From positions 1 to 42,702 of IMG/VR virus record IMGVR_UViG_3300025084_000068: a stretch of 42,702 nucleotides of DNA; one strand, 5' to 3'. Position 1 is the first letter of the stretch. Each line of letters opens with the position of its first letter. The notes beneath the pieces are model-generated. The model worked only from the letters and a program-made list of their open reading frames with translations. It made no database searches and was not told the origin of the DNA. Source of the DNA: a virus. Lineage: Duplodnaviria > Caudoviricetes. Below are positions 1 through 7,799 of the stretch, piece by piece. Both the position numbers and the translations under genes were made by a program.

Positions 1-83
1 CAAAGGCTTGCTGTTTGCCTTGTCATAAAATCTGCAATGATTGAGTCTGTGAACCATTGACCTAGTTGTTTTTGTTTTGTCAT
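1..83 (-). CDS. 5' end of a probable N6-adenine DNA methyltransferase (runs off window)
   Basis: Not in ORF track. ATG at 83 gives MTKQKQLGQWFTDSIIADFMTRQTASL; LGQ[F/W]FT..IA.FM is the typical N-terminal motif X of gamma-class N6-MTases. Starts 1 nt after the upstream stop. Confidence 0.6.
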   Translation of the reverse strand, partial: MTKQKQLGQWFTDSIIADFMTRQTASL

Positions 84-84
84 T

Positions 85-666
85 TTAATTATTAGTTATT
101 GTTAAGTCGTCGTAAAGGTATAGGGGGGCGAGAGAGGATTTCGAACCTGTTAAATGGCAATCTATTACTTTATCCGTAATAAAAATATGTTGCCAATCTA
201 ATATTCCATGTCCTCTTTCGAAAACCAACCCCACATTATCCCTGTTTAGCATGTGTTTCATTTGATTATAACCTGGTGTGCCTATAAAACCAGATGATTT
301 ACTATTTAAATATGTCCATCGATTATCAAATGGGCGATATGCTATTTTTAATAAATTATTTTTATCAAAATTATGACTATCAAGACTTTTTAAAGCATTA
401 CTCAAAGTCCAAACGTTTTCAAGCACCTGATATTTGTTTTTAATGTAAGATAAAGACTTGCTTTGAAAATCATTTATTATCTCTTCAAGATCTTGTTTAG
501 ATTTTTTAATAGTAAACGCATCATTTTTTGTTTGTATGCCACTATTGTAATGCTCAAAAATCTCCTGCACCCCAAAACCTTTTCTATACTCTTCTTCAAG
601 GTCGTGATTAAAAGGAATAAAGTAATAAGAAGGCTTTTTATTTTTTAGTAATTTGTATTCAATCAT
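85..666 (-). CDS. Stand-alone fragment resembling the type ISP restriction-modification C-terminal specificity (TRD) domain
   Basis: Motifs PSYYFIP, EIFEHYNSGIQTKND, YRPFDNRWTY and APLYLY. Probable start is the ATG at 666 overlapping the dnaB end; track gives 699. Confidence 0.7.
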   Translation of the reverse strand: MIEYKLLKNKKPSYYFIPFNHDLEEEYRKGFGVQEIFEHYNSGIQTKNDAFTIKKSKQDLEEIINDFQSKSLSYIKNKYQVLENVWTLSNALKSLDSHNFDKNNLLKIAYRPFDNRWTYLNSKSSGFIGTPGYNQMKHMLNRDNVGLVFERGHGILDWQHIFITDKVIDCHLTGSKSSLAPLYLYDDLTITNN

Positions 667-2149
667 CCAAATCACTAAACTTCGTTGTATTGTTGTCAAA
701 TTTTAAATCAATAGCTCCAACCGATCCATTTCTATGCTTTGCAAATATTATCCTTCCCTTCCCTTTTGACTTGTGATATCTATCCCATACTTGTTGGTTT
801 TTACCTTCATTCTCTTCTAACCACCTTTGAAATTCTAATGAGCTTTCATCACTAGGGACATCCGCCCCCTTGATAACTCTTTCAAGGTAATACTCTTCTC
901 TATACACAAAGGCAACTATATCCGCATCCTGCTCTATACTTCCAGATTCTCTTAAATCCGATAACTGAGGCGTCTTATCCTCTCTGTTTTCCAGTTGCCT
1001 TGATAGTTGTGATAATGCAATTATAGGAACATTTAACTTCTTTGCCAGCCCCTTGAGTTCTGCGGTTATCAATGAAACCTCTTGAACTCTGTTGCCAAAA
1101 CCTTTGCTTTCTGTTGTGATTAATTGCAAATAATCAATAACAATTAATTTTAAGTCTTTTTTTCTTGCTAACTTCATACATCTTTTTTTTAATGCATTGA
1201 GTGGTATCCTTGCCGTGTCATCAATATTAATAGGTAACTCTCGCATAACATCCACCCCGCCTGCTACCGCATTCTTAATATACTCTTTTTCTGCATCTGT
1301 TTTGTTTGTTGTTGCACTATTGGACAACGATACCCCAGTCTCGCAAGCAATCATTCTTTTAACTAACTGCTCGCTTGACATTTCAAGGGAAAATATAGCA
1401 ACGGATTGATCTTGTGTAAGAGTTTTTGCAACATTGGCAGCTATATTCATACAAATTGATGTCTTACCCATAGACGCTCTGCCAGCCACTATTATTAAAT
1501 CAGGTGCTTGCAATCCACAAGTAAGTTTGTCAATTTCTTCTAATCCTGTTGACAATCCTACCAACTCGCCCTCCTTTCTTTCTAATAACTTCTCTATTTC
1601 AAGTAATGTGTTTTCTGTTATACCTGCAATGTCTTTTAAGCCGTCCTCATCACTTTGCATTGTAGTAATTTTTGTAATATCGTTTTCAAGTGCGGATATT
1701 ATTTCACCCGCATCTTTTGTATAGTCTTTTGCTAATTCTTTTTGCTTGTTTTGTAATACAATATCAAATTCTCTTCTTATATAGCAATCAATTATTGTTT
1801 TACTTTGCTCTTTTAAGTTTATCGTGCTATATGTATACGAGTTTAACAGATTGACACAAGCAAGTTTAACCTCTTTAGTAATATCATTTTCCAATATTAC
1901 CCTGCCAAAATGAACTTTTAATTTTTCAAAATTACTTTGTAAAAATAATATCAAGTCTGTAACTTGACAGACATCACCTTGTTTAATTTTTGTTGTTATA
2001 AACTTAAAAAACTCCTGATGCAAAGGGAAGTAAAAGTGTCTTTCCTGTAAATCACTATCTATAAAGTCAATATTTGAGTTATCGTATAACAACCCTCCTA
2101 ATATCATTTCCTCTGAGCCTTGAGAGTGTGAATCCTGTTTATTTTTCAT
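659..2149 (-). CDS. dnaB: Replicative DNA helicase
   Basis: Walker A AGRASMGKT, FSLEMS, IVIDYLQL, ALSQLSR, LRESGSIEQDAD, AKHRNG. Confidence 0.97.
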   Translation of the reverse strand: MKNKQDSHSQGSEEMILGGLLYDNSNIDFIDSDLQERHFYFPLHQEFFKFITTKIKQGDVCQVTDLILFLQSNFEKLKVHFGRVILENDITKEVKLACVNLLNSYTYSTINLKEQSKTIIDCYIRREFDIVLQNKQKELAKDYTKDAGEIISALENDITKITTMQSDEDGLKDIAGITENTLLEIEKLLERKEGELVGLSTGLEEIDKLTCGLQAPDLIIVAGRASMGKTSICMNIAANVAKTLTQDQSVAIFSLEMSSEQLVKRMIACETGVSLSNSATTNKTDAEKEYIKNAVAGGVDVMRELPINIDDTARIPLNALKKRCMKLARKKDLKLIVIDYLQLITTESKGFGNRVQEVSLITAELKGLAKKLNVPIIALSQLSRQLENREDKTPQLSDLRESGSIEQDADIVAFVYREEYYLERVIKGADVPSDESSLEFQRWLEENEGKNQQVWDRYHKSKGKGRIIFAKHRNGSVGAIDLKFDNNTTKFSDLDD

Positions 2150-2237
2150 TGAATTTAATTAAATATGGTTAGTTTTGCTAACACTATATTTTGTATTAAA
2201 AATGAAATTTGTCAAGGGAAAAAAGTGATAATAATAA

Positions 2238-2262
2238 CGTGGTTTATTTTTTTTAAACCACG
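2238..2262. repeat. Perfect 9-bp inverted repeat in the divergent intergenic region
   Basis: CGTGGTTTA-T7-TAAACCACG. Confidence 0.75.
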
Positions 2263-2360
2263 CACCACCCCTTAATATATTAAACAAAATTTAAAATAAA
2301 TAAACCCTTTAATATTTAAAAAGGTATTTTTTGTAATATATGTATTATTAAAAAAGACCG

Positions 2361-2399
2361 AAAAAAACCAAAAAAACGACCCAAAACCCTTGACTTATT
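2361..2399 (+). repeat. 39-bp direct repeat, copy 1 (copy 2 at 3050-3088)
   Basis: AAAAAAACCAAAAAAACGA[C/T]CCAAAACCCTTGACTTATT; one mismatch between copies. Confidence 0.9.
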
Positions 2400-2479
2400 T
2401 TGTAGTTGCTATAATATATATATGAAGTTAGCAGTTGCTACTTCTTTACTTCTTTTTTTATTAACAAATCATAAATAAT
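2390..2479 (+). promoter_or_regulatory. Promoter-hairpin-leader cassette, copy 1
   Basis: TTGACT 2390, 16 nt, TAATAT, hairpin GAAGTTAGCAGTTGCTACTTC, then TTATTAACAAATCA and ATG 2480. Confidence 0.8.
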
Positions 2480-3028
2480 ATGTCAAAAGCAAAACACAAA
2501 AGACTAATTGCAATATTTCAGCAATTTAAAAAAATCACTAGACCAGAAGAAGGCGATCCGTTCAACTATATCAACATAGTCAAAGAAGAGGACAGAGTTT
2601 CTATTTTTTCAACCATCGGTAAGGCTTTATTAAACGCTGAGATTACATGTGAGGACATGTTGCAATATTTTCAAAATATAGAAGTTGGAAGTCATGCAAT
2701 ACCTAAAGCACATATTGATTCCGTTGTTAAACAGATTAAAGACAACTACAAGCTTGATACAATACCAAAATGCAATGTAAAACTACCAGATTACAAAAGT
2801 GTTCAAACTAGATTATGCAGGGAAAACCAATCAATGGATAAGCAGGTTTTATTAAATATAGACGCTATTAATAAACTTACACAGGCATTTTCTAAAATGA
2901 TAGAAAGCTATAATAGTATTTATTGGCAACACCCCAAAGATAGCGGTATAATGACTTTATACTTTGCAGACCCTGAGGGTTTGATGGGTTTTACTATAAG
3001 AGGTGATGTTGTTGTATGTAAAAACTAA
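2480..3028 (+). CDS. Hypothetical protein, possibly a degenerate beta-clamp-like domain
   Basis: Follows cassette. IFSTIGKALL, LPDYKSV and LLNIDAI weakly echo clamp motifs ATDG..L, YPDY..V and fN..yl. Confidence 0.6.
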   Translation: MSKAKHKRLIAIFQQFKKITRPEEGDPFNYINIVKEEDRVSIFSTIGKALLNAEITCEDMLQYFQNIEVGSHAIPKAHIDSVVKQIKDNYKLDTIPKCNVKLPDYKSVQTRLCRENQSMDKQVLLNIDAINKLTQAFSKMIESYNSIYWQHPKDSGIMTLYFADPEGLMGFTIRGDVVVCKN

Positions 3029-3049
3029 TCAATTAAAAAATAAGATGCT

Positions 3050-3088
3050 AAAAAAACCAAAAAAACGATCCAAAACCCTTGACTTATT
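3050..3088 (+). repeat. 39-bp direct repeat, copy 2
   Basis: Matches 2361-2399 with one mismatch; the pair brackets ORF 2480-3028. Confidence 0.9.
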
Positions 3089-3186
3089 GGTAAATATTAC
3101 GATATTTTAGCTTGACTTTTTCCAGTTATATAATATCATATATTGAAGAGTAGAGCTATTGACAATTATCAATTTTGTTATATTAT
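3079..3186 (+). promoter_or_regulatory. Tandem sigma70-like promoter elements upstream of the antirepressor genes
   Basis: TTGACT 3079; TTGACT 3112-N16-TATCAT; TTGACA 3159-N16-TATTAT 3181. Confidence 0.6.
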
Positions 3187-3192
3187 TAATTT

Positions 3193-3354
3193 GTAGGTAG
3201 AACCTACGGTGGAATTGAGCCTCCACGGATTAATAACATATGACATCTTAATGAATATTTTCCATTCAAAAAAACATTTTCTTTTTGGGGAGGTTTGGGG
3301 TTTGTATGTTATCCCGTGGTTCAATTGCTAGAAATAGCAACTTCCCCACCAAAA
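3193..3354 (+). ncRNA. Candidate structured leader RNA (c4-like position)
   Basis: Hairpins GTAGG/CCTAC and TTGCTA-GAAA-TAGCAA; long-range pairings AATTGA/TCAATT, CCACGG/CCGTGG, ATAACATA/TATGTTAT. Confidence 0.5.
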
Positions 3355-3379
3355 TAATAATTAATTTAAAAGTAAGAAA

Positions 3380-4006
3380 ATGGATAAACTAATTCAATTA
3401 GAGTCTAAACAATTTAACAACAATGTCAAGCAGACTGTAAACGCAAGGGAACTTCACAAAAGCTTGGAGAGTAAACAAGATTATTCCACTTGGGTTAAGA
3501 AATATCTTGAAGACTTTACAGAAAATCAAGACTATATTAGGCTTCATAAAAAAAGGAAGGGAAATAATGCAACTTTAAAAGAATACTTTTTAACCATTCC
3601 AGTTGCCATTAGTTGCATTCAAAAAACATATGCACCCATTGAATTAAAAAGACAGCTTTTACAAGCACTAGACGATTATACAATATTAAATACTAGAGCA
3701 GAAATAGAATTCTTTGATACACTAGAAAAAATATTAGAACCTCTTGATATTAAAGGTCAAAGACAACATAAAGTATTAAATTACAATATAGATTACTATA
3801 TAAAAGACTTAAATATAGCTATTGAATATGACGAAGGGCATCATAAAAACCAACAAGAGGAAGATGTTAAAAGAGAGCAGGACATAATAAATGAAATTAG
3901 TTGTGAGTTTGTCAGAGTAAGACAAGAGGATGGTATGTTGTGGAATTGTGGTTATGTAGTTAAGGCATTATTAGGCTATGTAATTAAAAAATTATTAAAT
4001 AAATAA
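3380..4006 (+). CDS. AntA/AntB antirepressor domain fused to a DUF559/Vsr-like PD-(D/E)XK nuclease domain
   Basis: N-terminal TVNARELHKSLESKQDYSTWVK; C-terminal YNIDYYIKDLNIAIEYDEGHH..D..RE..I..FVRV. Confidence 0.8.
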   Translation: MDKLIQLESKQFNNNVKQTVNARELHKSLESKQDYSTWVKKYLEDFTENQDYIRLHKKRKGNNATLKEYFLTIPVAISCIQKTYAPIELKRQLLQALDDYTILNTRAEIEFFDTLEKILEPLDIKGQRQHKVLNYNIDYYIKDLNIAIEYDEGHHKNQQEEDVKREQDIINEISCEFVRVRQEDGMLWNCGYVVKALLGYVIKKLLNK

Positions 4007-4025
4007 TTAATATATAAACAAGATT

Positions 4026-4802
4026 ATGAAAAAAAATATACAACTTTTTAATATTAAGAGTAATAACTTTGTTGGTGATATTAAAAATACCGTAAGTGCA
4101 AGGGAATTACATAAAAATTTAAAATCAAAGAAAGACTTTTCTGCTTGGATAAAAAGATTTCTTCAGGGTTTTATAGAAGATCAAGACTATATTAAGGTCA
4201 CCCAAAAAGTAGAGCTTTCAAAAACAGGTCAAATTGGTATTGAGTATTTTCTAACAATTGACACGGCAAAAAACATTGCAATGATGCAAAGGACGGTAAA
4301 GGGCAAGTAGGTAAGGGAATATTTCATTGAAGTGGAAAGGCAATATATAGAGCAACAAAAACCACTTGAATTAACAGTTGCCGATCTGTTATTAAAAGCA
4401 GGTCAAGAGTTAAAAGAAAAAGAACAGCTTAATCAAGAACTCACACAAAAATTAATTAAGAGTCAAGAGGAAAAAACAACACTACTTGAACGGGTGAGTA
4501 TTGAAAAAAGCCTTGGTTATCAAAAGACGGGAACTTTGTTAGGGGTAAAGCCAAATAAGTTTATTGAGTGGTTAAGGGAAAGTGATTATATCAAATCAAA
4601 AGACAAGAAAAACCTACCATATCAAAAATATATTGACAATGGACTTTTTGAAGTTAAGATTACAGAAAACACAACAAACAAGACAAAGCACATGCAGGGA
4701 TTGGTAACCCCAAAGGGTCAAAAGATTTTTGCCGAAATAATGGCAACGGGTGAACTCAATCAAATTAAAGTGAAAAAAATAAGTCAATTAATCACACTTT
4801 AA
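4026..4802 (+). pseudogene. AntA/AntB plus KilAC (ANT) antirepressor interrupted by one in-frame TAG at 4308-4310
   Basis: Track ORFs 4026-4310 and 4332-4802 share a frame: AKNIAMMQRTVKGK*VREYFIEVER. C-terminus has LPYQKYIDNGLFEVK and VTPKGQ. Confidence 0.75.
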
Positions 4803-4805
4803 CCA

Positions 4806-4907
4806 TTGACTTACTCTAAAAGTCATTTATACTTATATTGAAGCCAATAGGTTTCAAACTTTTACTGAGCTTAGCTCAAACACTTTTATTAACAAATCAA
4901 AACTAAA
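4806..4907 (+). promoter_or_regulatory. Cassette copy 2 (two tandem hairpins)
   Basis: TTGACT-N16-TATACT-TATATT-GAAGCCAATAGGTTTC, TGAGCTTAGCTCA, TTTTATTAACAAATCAAAACTAAA, ATG. Confidence 0.88.
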
Positions 4908-5129
4908 ATGACAAGTAAATATGAAACATGCTATACTTATAAAAGAGGTGTGGTAAAAACTAGAGAAAAAGGTGAGAAGTATTACTCACTTTGGGTCAAA
5001 GGTAAAAATGTCCTTGAAGGTAAAAAGGTTATAAACTCTTATGCTGAAAATAAAAAAGTTTACAAATATCAAGTAGAGGGTGGCGAGTGGTTCGAACTAA
5101 CTGGATATAATATAGAATATATAGATTAA
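4908..5129 (+). CDS. Hypothetical protein
   Basis: 73-aa ORF directly after cassette. Confidence 0.75.
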   Translation: MTSKYETCYTYKRGVVKTREKGEKYYSLWVKGKNVLEGKKVINSYAENKKVYKYQVEGGEWFELTGYNIEYID

Positions 5130-5171
5130 TCCTTGTTAGGGAATAAAAATTATTAACAAATCAAAAATAAA

Positions 5172-5510
5172 ATGATTACAATAAAAGAAATTTTAAATAT
5201 ATCTCACCAGAGAAACTTAAATGATAGAGTTCTTTGCAAAAGAACACCTGCTTGTTTAGATGAGTATGTGAAAGGTATAAATTTTTTTAATTTTTCTACC
5301 CTTTATTCTAATACACTAAAGAGTCTTGATGGTATTGAAGTGATGGCGAACCTAGAAACAATACTACTATATCACATGCCCGATCTAGACTATACACCTT
5401 TAAAGCTACTACCTAAATTAAAAAAAGTTGGAATATTTAAATGTGGTGAGGGGGCGGAAGAGAGGGTAAGAAAAGCCCTCAATAACGATAAAATAAAAAT
5501 AGGTATTTAA
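5172..5510 (+). CDS. Small leucine-rich-repeat-like protein
   Basis: LKSLDGIEVMANLETILL and LDYTPLKLLPKLKKVGI resemble two LRR units; leader TATTAACAAATCAAAA upstream. Confidence 0.65.
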   Translation: MITIKEILNISHQRNLNDRVLCKRTPACLDEYVKGINFFNFSTLYSNTLKSLDGIEVMANLETILLYHMPDLDYTPLKLLPKLKKVGIFKCGEGAEERVRKALNNDKIKIGI

Positions 5511-5539
5511 TAACAATATTAACAAAATAAAAAAATAAA

Positions 5540-5830
5540 ATGTCAGAAACTACACAAAAAATACAAAAAATAGAAAGTTTTTTATCAGATTGGGATCAGG
5601 AGATGGTCAAGGAGATAGAGACTTTTTTAATAGAAAATGATTATTACTATACGATGCGAGACTCTTGCGGTAATATATTATTATATATATTTAGCATAGA
5701 CACAATAGAACTCTCACAATTGGCAAAAATGGAAATAGAGTTTGGCGGTAAATACACTTTACTTATGAAGATTGTGGAAAGGATGAGTAATACACACAGC
5801 ACCGATTACCTTTTAATTTCAAATTATTAA
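5540..5830 (+). CDS. Hypothetical acidic protein, paralog of the 6162-6701 N-terminus
   Basis: ETFLIENDYYYTMRDSCGNILLYIFSIDTI vs ESFLIQNEYYYTVNDACGNLLYYIFSIDTI. Confidence 0.8.
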   Translation: MSETTQKIQKIESFLSDWDQEMVKEIETFLIENDYYYTMRDSCGNILLYIFSIDTIELSQLAKMEIEFGGKYTLLMKIVERMSNTHSTDYLLISNY

Positions 5831-5846
5831 CAAAATAAATAACAAA

Positions 5847-6152
5847 ATGCTAAAAAAAACACAACACTATATTGACCACCCAGAGGATATTAAGGTTATT
5901 AAATGTATGAGTGATATACAAATTCAAGATGTTTGGGATGATATCAATGTTGACCTTTTTAAAGAATGGGTATATTTCAATGATGCAGAAGATGGTAAAG
6001 TAATGTTTGATATTGATGAGCTTGAAGAGTTTGTAGAGACTATAATACACAATACCGAGCATAATTATCAAGTTGCTATTGAAATACAAAAAATCATAAA
6101 AGCATTAGACTTGAATGATGCAACAATGCTTTTAATTTTTGATAAATCATAA
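5847..6152 (+). CDS. Hypothetical acidic protein
   Basis: 101-aa ORF preceded by the TTATTAACAAAAT leader. Confidence 0.75.
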   Translation: MLKKTQHYIDHPEDIKVIKCMSDIQIQDVWDDINVDLFKEWVYFNDAEDGKVMFDIDELEEFVETIIHNTEHNYQVAIEIQKIIKALDLNDATMLLIFDKS

Positions 6153-6161
6153 TATAAAACA

Positions 6162-6701
6162 ATGAAAACTATTAAAGAATTTCTTCCTTCTAATTACGAT
6201 GCGAAGGGTATTGAAAAGATGGAAAGCTTTTTAATACAGAATGAGTATTATTACACAGTAAACGATGCCTGTGGAAATTTACTGTATTATATATTTAGTA
6301 TAGATACGATTGACAGTGATGCACTAGAAGAGTTAAGAATAAGTGCTGAACCTGAGGACGATATATATTATAGAAGTATAGCTAGACTACTAGAGCTAAT
6401 GCAGGCATTGAATGTAAGTAGTGTAATAATAGAAGAGCCAAAAAACGATAAACTACTAAAAGATGCAGAGGACTGGGAGCTTTGGCTTGAGCTCACCCGC
6501 AGGAATACCTACCTAGTAGGACAATTCTACGATATAGACACTATCATGCAAGAAAGCGATTTAACAGAGCAAGAGGCTGAAGAGTTTTTAAAAGAGTTTG
6601 GGGGAGCAAGAACAGACTACATGGACGATGAGGTTCACGATATGCTATTAAACGATATAGATAGATTTAAAATGAATAAAAAAAAGACAAAAACCCCTTG
6701 A
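6162..6701 (+). CDS. Hypothetical acidic protein, paralog of 5540-5830 with an extra C-terminal region
   Basis: Shared motif above; its TGA stop lies inside the next TTGACT. Confidence 0.8.
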   Translation: MKTIKEFLPSNYDAKGIEKMESFLIQNEYYYTVNDACGNLLYYIFSIDTIDSDALEELRISAEPEDDIYYRSIARLLELMQALNVSSVIIEEPKNDKLLKDAEDWELWLELTRRNTYLVGQFYDIDTIMQESDLTEQEAEEFLKEFGGARTDYMDDEVHDMLLNDIDRFKMNKKKTKTP

Positions 6702-6776
6702 CTTATTCCACAATCACTATATACTTATATTGAAGGCAACGAAGCCTTACTTTTTTATCAACAAATCACAAACAAA
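6698..6776 (+). promoter_or_regulatory. Cassette copy 3
   Basis: TTGACT-N16-TATACT-TATATT-G, hairpin AAGGC-AACGAA-GCCTT, TTTATCAACAAATCA. Confidence 0.88.
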
Positions 6777-7004
6777 ATGTTTTACAGAACTCACTTAACA
6801 ACGGCTCAGCAAGTTGACAACGCTTCTTACATTGAAAGAACTTTAAAACTTGATACAACGGTTTCAAGCGAGCTATCAGACTTCATAATCAATACAAACA
6901 AACCACAAGAGGCTATAACAAAATTACTTGATGCAGGTTATGAATTTACTTACAAATTTGTAAACAACAAACTTAAAGTTTATAACTTTTCTATTATTAA
7001 CTAA
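6777..7004 (+). CDS. Hypothetical protein
   Basis: 75-aa ORF after cassette. Confidence 0.7.
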   Translation: MFYRTHLTTAQQVDNASYIERTLKLDTTVSSELSDFIINTNKPQEAITKLLDAGYEFTYKFVNNKLKVYNFSIIN

Positions 7005-7016
7005 TCACAAATTAAA

Positions 7017-7376
7017 ATGACAACACTACAAATTATAGCAATTGTTTTTGGCATTGCAATGATCCCACTATCTTACCACAAGATAATGCTTTACAAAAAG
7101 CAGATTGGAGCTTATACATTTAGGGGCTTTCATTTATTCTTTTTGTGCTTTCTAATTGTAATTGGAAGTGCGATTACAATTAATCACGAGGTAAAAGCAG
7201 AAAACCTAGTACAACACAATAAAAAAGTTGCTTGGGCTTTGTCTGTTATAAAAGCTGATTATGAAGAAGTTTTTGGAGAAGTCAGAGATGAGGATAACAA
7301 AGAATATTTTGCCCTACTACCCAATTATCACAAAGTTGAAGGCAATCTTTTTGATAGAATGGAAGACTATATTTAG
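7017..7376 (+). CDS. Hypothetical membrane protein
   Basis: Two hydrophobic stretches (LQIIAIVFGIAMIPL; FHLFFLCFLIVIGSAITI). Confidence 0.7.
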   Translation: MTTLQIIAIVFGIAMIPLSYHKIMLYKKQIGAYTFRGFHLFFLCFLIVIGSAITINHEVKAENLVQHNKKVAWALSVIKADYEEVFGEVRDEDNKEYFALLPNYHKVEGNLFDRMEDYI

Positions 7377-7774
7377 GCAGTCGTATTAGGATTGCCGTAA
7401 AAAGTCAAGTCTATTGTTTGATTACCCGTTGTTATATCTAGTATTTTCTCAGGAAATATACCATCAAATTCAAGAGTCGTCCCCAGAACTCTTAAAGTTC
7501 CTTTATTGCCAGCTAAAAACTCGTTATACATTTCATTTACAAAAGAAACTGTCTCACTTTCAAGAGTTGATGACGGTATTGTAAAGGTTATTGTTGCAAA
7601 ATTCTCACTGTAATCAAGCGTTGACATTGGAGCCCCTGCCGTTGTTATCATAGCTCCCTTTGCCCCACCTCTCGTAACATTGATTGAGTCGGGTATTAGA
7701 TCATTTATTGCTATTGAGTCGCCATTTGATCTTGTCAAGATGATACCTTGTTGACTTAAATTTATATTTGACAT
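7373..7774 (-). CDS. Probable tail tube protein
   Basis: 133 aa, downstream of the sheath, T/S/G-rich beta-strand pattern (FATITFTI, TIDLTFYG). Confidence 0.6.
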   Translation of the reverse strand: MSNINLSQQGIILTRSNGDSIAINDLIPDSINVTRGGAKGAMITTAGAPMSTLDYSENFATITFTIPSSTLESETVSFVNEMYNEFLAGNKGTLRVLGTTLEFDGIFPEKILDITTGNQTIDLTFYGNPNTTA

Positions 7775-7799
7775 ATTATTTTTTATCTATTGATATTAC

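Noticed and set aside
4308-4310. Genome-wide TAG-to-Gln recoding (genetic code 15)
   Set aside because: TAG is a clear stop next to or overlapping the following start at 16064, 29763, 32607 and 36791, and long conserved genes contain no internal TAG.
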